Source: a phage. From it: a stretch of DNA of 64,000 nt. The notes beneath the pieces were generated by a model, which searched no databases, was not told the origin of the DNA, and was given only the letters and a program-made list of their open reading frames with translations. Of the stretch, positions 1-9,255 are shown piece by piece. Location: sequence record PX880100.1, one strand, 5' to 3'. The first letter of the stretch is position 1; each line of letters opens with the position of its first letter. The position numbers and the translations under genes were made by a program.

Positions 1-438
1 ATGGCAAGCAATATAAAATATAAACGCGATGCTATATCCCTTATGAGAGACGGAATAAAAAGTCAATATAAAAAAGACTCTCAATGCGCTATCTGCGGTT
101 GTGCTGAAGAATTAGAGCTTCATCATTACCATACGGTGTCTCTACTAGTTAAAAAATTTGCTAAAGAACTCCAGTTGGATTTCACTGACGAAGAAACAGT
201 CCTTTCAAATAGGACGGCATTCTATGATCGATATAGGCATGAGCTAGTAGAAGACACTGTTACCCTTTGTGTACACCATCACCAACTATTACATAAGGTT
301 TACACGAAAGAACCTCCATTATTTTCTGCTAATAAACAGAAAGCATGGGTTCAAAAGCAGAAAGACAAATTACAGAATCCTCAAGAAAAGACACAAGTCA
401 AGACTGAAATAAAATCAGGATTCGCAAGGTTCTTATAA
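1..438 (+). CDS. HNH endonuclease (145 aa), immediately upstream of portal
   Basis: Cys/His-rich HNH-type motifs (CAICGC, ELHHYH, CVHHHQLLHK). ATG sits exactly at window position 1, so the 5' end may be truncated by the window. Stop overlaps the portal start (TAATG). Confidence 0.55.
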   Translation: MASNIKYKRDAISLMRDGIKSQYKKDSQCAICGCAEELELHHYHTVSLLVKKFAKELQLDFTDEETVLSNRTAFYDRYRHELVEDTVTLCVHHHQLLHKVYTKEPPLFSANKQKAWVQKQKDKLQNPQEKTQVKTEIKSGFARFL

Positions 439-1655
439 TGGGTTTAAAAAGCTGGATTACTGAAAAGTTAAATCCGGGTCAACGTATTATAAGAGACATG
501 GAACCAGTTAGTCATCGCACTAACCGTAAGCCTTTTACCACTGGACAAGCCTATAGCAAGATTGAGATTCTCAATCGAACTGCCAATATGGTTATAGATA
601 GTGCGGCTGAGTGTTCTTATACTGTCGGAGATAAATATAATATTGTTACATACGCTAATGGCGTCAAAACAAAGACTCTAGACACTCTCTTAAATGTACG
701 ACCTAATCCATTCATGGATATAAGCACATTCCGTAGACTTGTAGTCACTGACCTACTTTTTGAAGGTTGTGCATACATCTATTGGGATGGCACATCGCTT
801 TACCATGTCCCGGCTGCTCTTATGCAGGTCGAGGCAGATGCCAATAAGTTTATCAAAAAATTTATATTTAATAATCAGATAAACTATCGCGTAGATGAGA
901 TTATCTTTATAAAGGATAATAGTTACGTGTGCGGCACAAATTCTCAAATTTCTGGACAATCTCGTGTTGCTACTGTTATTGATTCTCTTGAGAAGCGTTC
1001 TAAGATGCTTAACTTTAAAGAGAAATTCCTCGATAACGGAACCGTGATTGGTCTTATTCTTGAGACGGATGAAATCCTGAACAAGAAATTGCGTGAGCGT
1101 AAACAAGAAGAATTACAACTCGATTATAATCCTAGTACGGGTCAGTCTTCTGTCCTGATTCTAGATGGTGGTATGAAAGCTAAACCGTACTCCCAAATAT
1201 CCTCTTTTAAAGATCTAGACTTTAAGGAAGACATCGAAGGATTTAATAAATCTATTTGTCTAGCCTTTGGAGTTCCGCAAGTACTGCTTGATGGTGGTAA
1301 TAATGCGAATATTCGACCAAACATCGAATTGTTCTATTATATGACTATCATTCCTATGCTGAACAAACTGACTAGTTCTCTTACTTTCTTTTTTGGTTAT
1401 AAGATTACTCCTAATACTAAGGAAGTAGCTGCATTAACACCAGATAAAGAAGCTGAGGCTAAACATTTAACCTCATTGGTTAATAATGGTATTATGACTG
1501 GTAACGAGGCTCGTTTAGAGCTGAACCTTGAACCTTTAGATGATGAGCAGATGGATAAGATTCGTATTCCTGCTAACGTTGCTGGTTCTGCAACAGGTGT
1601 ATCTGGTCAAGAAGGTGGTAGACCTCAAGGTTCCACCGAGGGAGATAAAGAATGA
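438..1655 (+). CDS. portal protein (T5 pb7-like, 405 aa)
   Basis: Length and position match the T5 portal (about 403 aa) at the head of a capsid module (portal, decoration protein, protease, major capsid protein); ATG at 438. Confidence 0.8.
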   Translation: MGLKSWITEKLNPGQRIIRDMEPVSHRTNRKPFTTGQAYSKIEILNRTANMVIDSAAECSYTVGDKYNIVTYANGVKTKTLDTLLNVRPNPFMDISTFRRLVVTDLLFEGCAYIYWDGTSLYHVPAALMQVEADANKFIKKFIFNNQINYRVDEIIFIKDNSYVCGTNSQISGQSRVATVIDSLEKRSKMLNFKEKFLDNGTVIGLILETDEILNKKLRERKQEELQLDYNPSTGQSSVLILDGGMKAKPYSQISSFKDLDFKEDIEGFNKSICLAFGVPQVLLDGGNNANIRPNIELFYYMTIIPMLNKLTSSLTFFFGYKITPNTKEVAALTPDKEAEAKHLTSLVNNGIMTGNEARLELNLEPLDDEQMDKIRIPANVAGSATGVSGQEGGRPQGSTEGDKE

Positions 1656-2146
1656 TTGATTATAATGGTCTAAAGACCATTTTTGGTGAAAACCTGCCAG
1701 AATCTCATATCTTCTTTGCTACGGTTGCTGCGCATAAATATGTTCCTAGCTATGCTTTTCTGCGTAGAGAACTAGGGCTTTCATCTGCGCATACTAACCG
1801 TAAAGTATGGAAGAAATTTGTAGAGGCTTATGGTAAAGCAGTTCCTCCTGCTCCACCGGCTCCACCATTAACTCTTTCTAAAGATTTAACTGCGAGCATG
1901 TCAGTTGAAGAGGGAGCAGCATTAACACTTTCTGTTACTGCAACTGGTGGTACTGGTCCATATACTTATGCATGGACTAAAGATGGTTCTCCTATTCCGG
2001 AAGCTTCAGGAGCTACCTATACTAAGCCTGCAGCAGCTACGGAGGATTCTGGAGCCTATAAAGTAACTGTAACAGATAGTAAGCAAGTAAGCAAGGACTC
2101 TACTACATGTGCTGTGACAGTTAATCCTACTGTTCCTGGAGGCTAA
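1652..2146 (+). CDS. capsid decoration protein with Ig-like domain (T5 pb10-like, 164 aa)
   Basis: PPAPPAPP linker followed by an Ig-like segment (TATGGTGPYTYAWTKDGSPI...YKVTVTD); same length as T5 pb10 and same position between portal and protease. Confidence 0.7.
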   Translation: MIDYNGLKTIFGENLPESHIFFATVAAHKYVPSYAFLRRELGLSSAHTNRKVWKKFVEAYGKAVPPAPPAPPLTLSKDLTASMSVEEGAALTLSVTATGGTGPYTYAWTKDGSPIPEASGATYTKPAAATEDSGAYKVTVTDSKQVSKDSTTCAVTVNPTVPGG

Positions 2147-2149
2147 TAA

Positions 2150-2782
2150 ATGACACAAGCTGCTATTGACTATAACAAGTTAAAATCAGCACCCGTTCAT
2201 TTAGATGCTTATATTAAATCTATTGATAGCGAATCCAAAGAGGGCGTTGTAAAAATCCGTGGATTCGCTAATACAATTAGTAAAGATCGCGCTGGTGATG
2301 TAATTCCGGCTTCTGCATGGAAAACATCTAATGCACTTACTAACTATATGAAAAACCCGATTATTCTTTTCGGACACGATCATCGTCGTCCAATCGGTAA
2401 GTGTATTGATCTTAACCCTACTGAAATGGGTCTTGAAATTGAATGTGAGATCTATGAAAGTTCTGACCCAGCTATCTTTTCACTAATTAAAAACGGTGTA
2501 CTGAAAACTTTTAGTATCGGATTCCGCTGCCTAGACGCAGAATGGGATGAAGCTACTGATATATTTATTATTAAAGATTTAGAACTATACGAAGTTTCGG
2601 TAGTTTCTGTACCTTGTAATCAGGACTCAACGTTCAATCTCGCTAAGAGCATGAATGGTCATGATTATACTGAATGGCGTAAATCTTTTACTGCAATAAG
2701 TTCTAAAGCTGTCCCAGCTCAAGAACGTAATCTTTCTGAACTAGAAAAACTTGCGATAGCTTTAGGCTACGTTAAAGAATAA
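2150..2782 (+). CDS. prohead maturation protease (T5 pb11-like, 210 aa)
   Basis: Directly upstream of the major capsid gene; same length as the T5 head protease; HK97-family-like GHDHRRPIGK segment. Confidence 0.75.
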   Translation: MTQAAIDYNKLKSAPVHLDAYIKSIDSESKEGVVKIRGFANTISKDRAGDVIPASAWKTSNALTNYMKNPIILFGHDHRRPIGKCIDLNPTEMGLEIECEIYESSDPAIFSLIKNGVLKTFSIGFRCLDAEWDEATDIFIIKDLELYEVSVVSVPCNQDSTFNLAKSMNGHDYTEWRKSFTAISSKAVPAQERNLSELEKLAIALGYVKE

Positions 2783-2799
2783 CGGAGAATTATTTAAAA

Positions 2800-4176
2800 A
2801 TGACTATTGATATTAATAAGCTGAAAGAAGAACTTGGTCTGGGTGATCTGGCTAAATCTCTGGAAGGTCTGACCGCTGCTCAGAAAGCTCAGGAAGCTGA
2901 ACGTATGCGTAAAGAGCAGGAAGAAAAAGAACTGGCTCGTATGAATGACCTGGTTTCTAAAGCTGTTGGTGAAGACCGTAAGCGTCTGGAAGAGGCTCTG
3001 GATCTGGTTAAGTCCCTGGATGAGAAATCTAAGAAGAGCGCAGAACTGTTTGCACAAACTGTAGAAAAACAACAGGAAACTATTGTTGGTCTTCAAGACG
3101 AAATCAAATCTCTGTTAACAGCTCGTGAAGGTCGTTCCTTCGTTGGTGATAGTGTTGCTAAAGCACTGTACGGTACTCAGGAAAACTTTGAAGACGAAGT
3201 AGAAAAACTGGTTCTGTTGTCTTACGTAATGGAAAAAGGTGTATTCGAAACCGAACACGGTCAAAAACACCTGAAAGCAGTGAATCAGTCTTCTTCTGTA
3301 GAAGTTTCTAGTGAAAGCTATGAAACTATTTTCTCTCAGCGTATTATCCGTGACCTGCAGAAAGAGCTGGTAGTTGGCGCACTGTTCGAAGAACTGCCGA
3401 TGTCCAGTAAGATTCTTACTATGCTGGTTGAACCGGATGCTGGTAAAGCTACTTGGGTTGCTGCTTCTACTTATGGTACTGATGCAACTACTGGTGATGA
3501 AGTTAAAGGTGCTCTTAAAGAAATCCACTTCAGTACTTACAAACTGGCTGCTAAGTCCTTCATTACTGATGAAACTGAAGAAGATGCAATCTTCTCCCTG
3601 CTGCCACTGCTTCGTAAGCGTCTAATTGAAGCACACGCTGTTTCTATCGAAGAAGCCTTCATGACTGGTGATGGTTCCGGTAAGCCGAAAGGTCTGCTGA
3701 CTCTTGCTAGTGAAGATAGTGCTAAAGTTATTACTGAAGCTAAAGCTGATGGTTCCGTACTGGTAACTGCTAAAACTATCTCTAAACTGCGTCGTAAACT
3801 GGGCCGTCATGGTCTGAAACTGTCCAAACTGGTACTGATCGTATCTATGGATGCTTACTACGATCTGCTGGAAGATGAAGAATGGCAGGATGTTGCCCAA
3901 GTTGGTAATGATGCTGTTAAACTGCAGGGTCAGGTTGGTCGTATTTATGGTCTGCCGGTTGTAGTTTCTGAATACTTCCCAGCTAAAGCTACTTCTGCAG
4001 AGTTCGCAGTTATTGTTTATAAAGATAACTTCGTAATGCCACGTCAGCGCGCTGTTACTGTTGAACGTGAGCGCCAAGCTGGTAAACAGCGTGACGCATA
4101 CTACGTTACTCAGCGTGTTAACCTGCAACGTTACTTTGCAAATGGCGTTGTATCTGGTGCTTACGCTGCATCTTAA
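2800..4176 (+). CDS. major capsid protein precursor (T5 pb8-like, 458 aa) with N-terminal coiled-coil scaffold-like domain
   Basis: 458 aa as in T5 pb8; charged coiled-coil N-terminal region (EELGLGDLAKSLEGLTAAQKAQEAERMRKEQEEKELAR) typical of a fused scaffolding domain; strongly host-optimised codons (ctg, cgt, ggt); followed by a strong terminator. Confidence 0.9.
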   Translation: MTIDINKLKEELGLGDLAKSLEGLTAAQKAQEAERMRKEQEEKELARMNDLVSKAVGEDRKRLEEALDLVKSLDEKSKKSAELFAQTVEKQQETIVGLQDEIKSLLTAREGRSFVGDSVAKALYGTQENFEDEVEKLVLLSYVMEKGVFETEHGQKHLKAVNQSSSVEVSSESYETIFSQRIIRDLQKELVVGALFEELPMSSKILTMLVEPDAGKATWVAASTYGTDATTGDEVKGALKEIHFSTYKLAAKSFITDETEEDAIFSLLPLLRKRLIEAHAVSIEEAFMTGDGSGKPKGLLTLASEDSAKVITEAKADGSVLVTAKTISKLRRKLGRHGLKLSKLVLIVSMDAYYDLLEDEEWQDVAQVGNDAVKLQGQVGRIYGLPVVVSEYFPAKATSAEFAVIVYKDNFVMPRQRAVTVERERQAGKQRDAYYVTQRVNLQRYFANGVVSGAYAAS

Positions 4177-4195
4177 TACAGGCTTTTCAGCCGAT

Positions 4196-4222
4196 AAGGA
4201 GAGCTTCGGCTCTCCTTTTTTA
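4196..4222 (+). terminator. rho-independent terminator after the major capsid gene
   Basis: 9-bp GC-rich stem AAGGAGAGC/GCTCTCCTT with TTCG loop followed by TTTTTTATT. Confidence 0.75.
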
Positions 4223-4235
4223 TTGGGAAAAATAA

Positions 4236-4748
4236 ATGCAAATAATCACAGCTGAAGACTATAGATTATACGGCGGGTTAAAACGACCTGAACTAGAATC
4301 TGGAGTAGAAATGATGATTACTGCTGCCAATGCGCTGATTACTAGCCTTTTAGGTATGGATGATGCTGATGCGGTAGACCAGTTAATCAATACAAAACCT
4401 ACTCGTAAAAAATACTTCTTAAGTTCTCCCTCGGCTACTTCAGTAACCAAAATGACTATTAATGATAAGGAGATAGATCCCGAACAGTATAAGTTATACT
4501 CTGATGGGGTTATACTTCTTAAATTTAGTCCTCCAGAAGGTTATATGGATGTAGAGTACACACAAGGTGGATTTAACCCAATTCCTGAAGATCTCAAACT
4601 TGCAGCATGTATGCTAGTAGATCATTGGCATAAACAGGATTACCGTCAAGCTAAAACAATTGGCGGAGAAACAGTTACTTTTAATAATACTAAGTCTGGT
4701 ATTCCAGAGCATATTCGTACTATTATTGAAGTTTACAGGAGAGTATAA
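4236..4748 (+). CDS. head completion / head-tail connector protein (170 aa, putative)
   Basis: Position between major capsid and tail tube genes; co-oriented and tightly packed (ATGA overlap with next ORF). No motif evidence. Confidence 0.4.
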   Translation: MQIITAEDYRLYGGLKRPELESGVEMMITAANALITSLLGMDDADAVDQLINTKPTRKKYFLSSPSATSVTKMTINDKEIDPEQYKLYSDGVILLKFSPPEGYMDVEYTQGGFNPIPEDLKLAACMLVDHWHKQDYRQAKTIGGETVTFNNTKSGIPEHIRTIIEVYRRV

Positions 4749-5515
4749 TGTCTCTTTCTGATTTAGCTACACAAATTATTAAGGAGCAACTAGATAATGT
4801 TGGGCGTTCCGAGAACAATAAGAATACTGTTGTATATTCTGTTGAAACAGGACTAAAAGATCCTACTAGGGATGGTACTGTTGCTCAAGTATCTTTCAAG
4901 TTCTCAAAACCTGTATCCCAAGATCTCCTTAATGTTAGGACCGCTTCTATTCTAAAAGCTGTATCTTCTAGCTTAGATCTAACAGGAGATTTAGGTGCTC
5001 TAGAGAATTTAATACAAGCAACCGCTGGTAAAAAATCTGCTGTAGGTAAAAAACGTTCCTCTGGTAGAGTTCAAGTAAACTTCGGGGATCCTAGAGACGT
5101 AGAGGATGGATACTCGGGTGCAATAACAGGTGCTTCCGGACGTTTTGTATCAAATAGCAACATGAAGGTTATATTAGAGATAGTTGCTAAAGAGTACTTA
5201 ATAAAGGATATGAAAAAGACAGGAGCGCCATTAAAATTTAGAACTGGCAGATTTGCAAATTCTCTGAAAATTAAGGATGTTATGCTTAGAGATGCAGAGA
5301 CTAGTAAAGGCGCTCCTGAACTAAACGTGACGTATAATTATATGGTACGTCCATATTCTGTATTTAATCCAGCAGTATCTACATATCGAAGATTATCTCT
5401 ACGACCTTACCCAGGCGCTAGAAACCCCCAAAAACTTATTGGTGAGGCTATAGCAAAAGCTGCAAGAGACCTGATTCACTCTAGATATAAAATCAAGGTT
5501 AATCAAGGAACCTAA
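4748..5515 (+). CDS. tail completion / head-tail joining protein (255 aa, putative, T5 p143-like)
   Basis: Gene order (capsid, joining proteins, tail tube); no diagnostic motif. Confidence 0.35.
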   Translation: MSLSDLATQIIKEQLDNVGRSENNKNTVVYSVETGLKDPTRDGTVAQVSFKFSKPVSQDLLNVRTASILKAVSSSLDLTGDLGALENLIQATAGKKSAVGKKRSSGRVQVNFGDPRDVEDGYSGAITGASGRFVSNSNMKVILEIVAKEYLIKDMKKTGAPLKFRTGRFANSLKIKDVMLRDAETSKGAPELNVTYNYMVRPYSVFNPAVSTYRRLSLRPYPGARNPQKLIGEAIAKAARDLIHSRYKIKVNQGT

Positions 5516-5518
5516 TAA

Positions 5519-6004
5519 ATGGATCATAGAACAAGTATTGCACAAGCTCTGGTTGACCGTATATCTAAACAGTTGGATGGTTCTCAACCTGACGAATATT
5601 TTAATAACCTATATGGAAACGTTTCTCGTCAAACTTATAAATTTGAGGAAATACGAGAGTTTCCTTATGTGGCAGTTCATATCGGAACTGAAACTGGGCA
5701 GTATCTTCCTTCGGGCCAACAGTGGATGTTTTTAGAACTTCCAATCCTGGTGTACGATAAAGAGAAAACAGACATTCAAGAGCAACTTGAAAAACTCGTA
5801 GCGGATATAAAAACCGTTATTGACACAGGTGGAAATTTAGAATATACTGTTAGTAAACCTAATGGATCGACCTTCCCATGTGAGGCAACTGATATGATCA
5901 TTACATCAGTTAGTACAGATGAGGGTCTACTGGCCCCATATGGTTTAGCAGAAATAAATGTAACAGTGAGGTATCAGCCTCCACGTAGGTCACTTCGCAG
6001 ATAA
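5519..6004 (+). CDS. tail terminator protein (161 aa, putative, T5 p142-like)
   Basis: Immediately upstream of the tail tube gene; length consistent with the T5 tail terminator as I recall it. Confidence 0.4.
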   Translation: MDHRTSIAQALVDRISKQLDGSQPDEYFNNLYGNVSRQTYKFEEIREFPYVAVHIGTETGQYLPSGQQWMFLELPILVYDKEKTDIQEQLEKLVADIKTVIDTGGNLEYTVSKPNGSTFPCEATDMIITSVSTDEGLLAPYGLAEINVTVRYQPPRRSLRR

Positions 6005-6030
6005 GTTACAGATTAGGAGAAAATAACTAA

Positions 6031-7437
6031 ATGTCTTTACAACTATTACGTAATACTCGAATCTTCGTGTCTACGGTTAAGACTGGTCATAATAAGACCA
6101 ACACGCAAGAGATTCTAGTTCAGGATGATATTTCTTGGGGTCAGGACAGTAACTCAACAGATATTACTGTTAATGAAGCTGGTCCGCGTCCAACTCGTGG
6201 CTCTAAACGTTTTAACGACTCTTTAAACGCGGCTGAGTGGAGTTTCTCTACTTATATCCTGCCATATAAAGATAAAACTACTAACAAACAGATTGTCCCT
6301 GACTATATGTTATGGCATGCTCTTTCTAGTGGTAAAGCTCTTAACCTAGAAGGCGATACAGGAGCACATAATAACGAAACCAATTTTATGGTTAACTTTA
6401 AAGATAACGCGTACCACGAACTAGCAATGCTGCATATCTACATCCTGACTGACAAAGCATGGAGTTACATCGACTCTTGCCAGATCAACCAGGCAGAAGT
6501 TAACGTTGATATTGAGGATATTGGTCGTGTAACTTGGTCAGGTAATGGTAACCAGCTTATTCCTTTGGATGAGCAACCATTTGACCCGGATACTGTAGGT
6601 ATTGATGATGAAACTTATATGACTATTCAGAGTTCTTATATCAAGAACAAATTGACTATCCTGAAAATTAAGGATATGGATTCTGATAAGGCATATGATA
6701 TCCCTATTACTGGGGGTACTTTCACCATTAATAACAATATTACGTACCTAACCCCCAATATTATGTCCCGTGTAAATATTCCGATCGGTTCATTTACTGG
6801 TGCGTTTGAACTAACTGGTTCACTAACTGCCTATCTAAATGATAAATCTCTTGGTTCTATGGAACTGTACAAAGATCTTATCAAAACCTTGAAGGTAGTT
6901 AACAAGTTTGAAATCGCACTTATCCTTGGTGGTGAGTATGATGATGAACGCCCAGCAGCTGTATTAGTTGCTAAACAGGCGCATGTTAACATTCCTACTA
7001 TTGAGACTGATGATGTACTTGGTACTTCAGTAGAGTTTAAAGCTATTCCTACAGATCTGGATACTGGTGATGAAGGTTATCTTGGTTTCTCTAACAAGTA
7101 TACTAAAACCACTGTGGCTAATCTGATTACTACAGGAGATGGCGCTAAAGCTCCACCAAAACTAGTTGAATCAATCACAGTTAAATCTGCTGGTAATGCT
7201 ACTTCAGTACAGAACAGTAATACTCTACAGATGTCTGTTGAAGTAACTCCGCCAGATGCTACTAATAGTGCTGTAACTTGGTCTATTTCTAGTGGTGATG
7301 CAGCTACAATTGATCCAGAATCTGGTTTATTAACTGCGGACACTACTAAGACAGGTTCTATTACTGTCAAAGCTGTAGCTAAAGACGGTTCTGGTGTAGA
7401 AGGTACTAAGAGCATTACAGTTACTGCTGGTGGCTAA
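6031..7437 (+). CDS. major tail tube protein with C-terminal Ig-like (Big_2-type) domain (T5 pb6-like, 468 aa)
   Basis: Length close to T5 pb6 (about 464 aa); C-terminal segment SITVKSAGNATSVQNSNTLQMSVEVTPPDATNSAVTWSISSGDAATIDPESGLLTA resembles a bacterial Ig-like domain; RBS AGGAGA upstream. Confidence 0.8.
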   Translation: MSLQLLRNTRIFVSTVKTGHNKTNTQEILVQDDISWGQDSNSTDITVNEAGPRPTRGSKRFNDSLNAAEWSFSTYILPYKDKTTNKQIVPDYMLWHALSSGKALNLEGDTGAHNNETNFMVNFKDNAYHELAMLHIYILTDKAWSYIDSCQINQAEVNVDIEDIGRVTWSGNGNQLIPLDEQPFDPDTVGIDDETYMTIQSSYIKNKLTILKIKDMDSDKAYDIPITGGTFTINNNITYLTPNIMSRVNIPIGSFTGAFELTGSLTAYLNDKSLGSMELYKDLIKTLKVVNKFEIALILGGEYDDERPAAVLVAKQAHVNIPTIETDDVLGTSVEFKAIPTDLDTGDEGYLGFSNKYTKTTVANLITTGDGAKAPPKLVESITVKSAGNATSVQNSNTLQMSVEVTPPDATNSAVTWSISSGDAATIDPESGLLTADTTKTGSITVKAVAKDGSGVEGTKSITVTAGG

Positions 7438-7441
7438 TTAA

Positions 7442-8341
7442 ATGTACTACTCTCTAATGAGAGAGTCAAAAGTTATAGTTGAGTATGATGGTAGGGCATT
7501 TCATTTTGATGCCCTATCAAACTATGATATACAGACTTCCTACGAGGAATTCAAGACTCTTCGTAGGACTGTTCATCGTAGAACTAACTATGCAGACTCT
7601 ATTATAAATGCTCAAACCCCCTCTTCTATCTCTCTAGCAGTAAATTTCAGTAATACTCTTACTGAGGCTAACTTCTTTGAATGGTTAGGTTTTGATAGAA
7701 AAGGTAATACTTTCTTACTCCCACTATATAGTAGTAATATTGAACCTATTATGTTCAATATCTATATAGTAAATAAAGATAATAACTGTGTATATTTTGA
7801 AAACTGTTATGTATCTACAGTAGATTTTTCTTTAGATAAGAACATACCAATTCTTAATGTTGGTATTGAATCGGGGAAATTTTCCGAAGTATCTACATAT
7901 AGAGAAGCAGGTTCTATTATACAGGGTGAAGTAATGTCTTATAGCCCAGTAATAGCTTCTACTAATGGTAGCGTCTTACCAGGTCTTATCTCTGCCTCTT
8001 TATCTTTCCAGCAGCAGTGCTCTTGGAGAGAAGATAAGAGTGTTTTTGATATAAATAAAATCTATAATAATAAAAGAGCTTATGTAAATGAAATGAATGC
8101 TTCGGCAACCATTTCTCTATATTACTTAAAACGTTTTGCAGGAGATATGGTTTACAATATCGAACCAGAGGTAGATGTACCTTTAAATATAAGAAATAAT
8201 AATATTTCTATAGATTTTCCTTCAGCACGTATTACAAAACGCCTAGATTTCTCAGATGTGTATAGAGTTGAGTGGGATATTATACCTACTGCTTCTTCAG
8301 ACCCAGTGAGAATAGATTTCTTTGGAGAAATTAAAAAATGA
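7442..8341 (+). CDS. hypothetical tail-module protein (299 aa)
   Basis: Co-oriented ORF between tail tube and chaperone genes; AT-rich, Asn/Ile/Tyr-rich; function unknown. Confidence 0.3.
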   Translation: MYYSLMRESKVIVEYDGRAFHFDALSNYDIQTSYEEFKTLRRTVHRRTNYADSIINAQTPSSISLAVNFSNTLTEANFFEWLGFDRKGNTFLLPLYSSNIEPIMFNIYIVNKDNNCVYFENCYVSTVDFSLDKNIPILNVGIESGKFSEVSTYREAGSIIQGEVMSYSPVIASTNGSVLPGLISASLSFQQQCSWREDKSVFDINKIYNNKRAYVNEMNASATISLYYLKRFAGDMVYNIEPEVDVPLNIRNNNISIDFPSARITKRLDFSDVYRVEWDIIPTASSDPVRIDFFGEIKK

Positions 8342-8742
8342 TTAATTTAAAAGATATTACTCTTGATACTCGTACTATTACTCTTTCCTACCCAGGTATG
8401 CCGAACTTTAAACTAGAACTTAACTATATGTCTCGCGCTACCTCTAAACGTGTTATTTCTTCTGCTAAACGTGACGAATGGGTTAATGGTACACTGATAC
8501 AAGTGCAGGATGATGATAAGTTTATTGAAGCCTTTGTTGACGCAGCTATTAAAGGCTGGACTGGCTTAACTGTTGGTGACGTTGAAAAACTGATGCTGAT
8601 TGAAACTGATGCTGATCCTACTACTGAAGTTCCTTTTAGTCGCGATAATGCTGTAATGCTTATGCAGAACTCTGCTGCATTTGATTCTTGGATCAACCAG
8701 ACAGTGTTCCACTTAGACACTTTTCGTAGCTCAAAAGCGTAA
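8338..8742 (+). CDS. tail assembly chaperone (134 aa, putative)
   Basis: Acidic small protein immediately upstream of the tape measure gene, the usual chaperone position. Confidence 0.4.
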   Translation: MINLKDITLDTRTITLSYPGMPNFKLELNYMSRATSKRVISSAKRDEWVNGTLIQVQDDDKFIEAFVDAAIKGWTGLTVGDVEKLMLIETDADPTTEVPFSRDNAVMLMQNSAAFDSWINQTVFHLDTFRSSKA

Positions 8743-8803
8743 AGAACTTCTAGATGCTGTTGCTGATTTTGCAGATAAATGTATTAAAAGCTCAGCATCT
8801 AAA

Positions 8804-9172
8804 ATGACCAAACAACAATATTTAATACTTTGCGAGTCAATGGGTATAGAACCTGATCCAAAGGCTATGCCCGTTGAACTCGAAGATTTTCCACCTATTG
8901 TATCTATTAGTATGAATATTTATAACAGTCTGATTGACTGTTTCATACCGGGTGACTTTCCTATTTTTATAGGTAAGGATAAGGCTGCACTAGGTGTTTT
9001 ATTTGATATTTATGGGATTACTGATCCTATAGAAAAAGAATTTGTTCTACACATTATCAATATATTTGATGCTAAAGCTGTAGACGCTGCACGTAAACGT
9101 GCTGAGAAGCATAAACCACAAAACGGAAGGATTCCTAACGTTAAGCCACATGCTAGATCTCGTGCACGATAA
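8804..9172 (+). CDS. tail assembly chaperone, second ORF (122 aa, putative)
   Basis: Second small ORF before the tape measure gene; its reading frame is open upstream back to 8717 and overlaps the end of the preceding ORF in the +1 frame. Confidence 0.35.
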   Translation: MTKQQYLILCESMGIEPDPKAMPVELEDFPPIVSISMNIYNSLIDCFIPGDFPIFIGKDKAALGVLFDIYGITDPIEKEFVLHIINIFDAKAVDAARKRAEKHKPQNGRIPNVKPHARSRAR

Positions 9173-9207
9173 AAGTTTCCTCCAATGGGCGTTCCACGAT
9201 GAGGCTT

Positions 9208-9238
9208 GGCTCTGGGTGATTTGCCCAGAGCCTTTTTT
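9208..9238 (+). terminator. rho-independent terminator-like hairpin upstream of the tape measure gene
   Basis: Stem GGCTCTGGG/CCCAGAGCC with 7-nt loop followed by TTTTTT. Confidence 0.6.
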
Positions 9239-9255
9239 ATTGGGAAAAATAAAAC

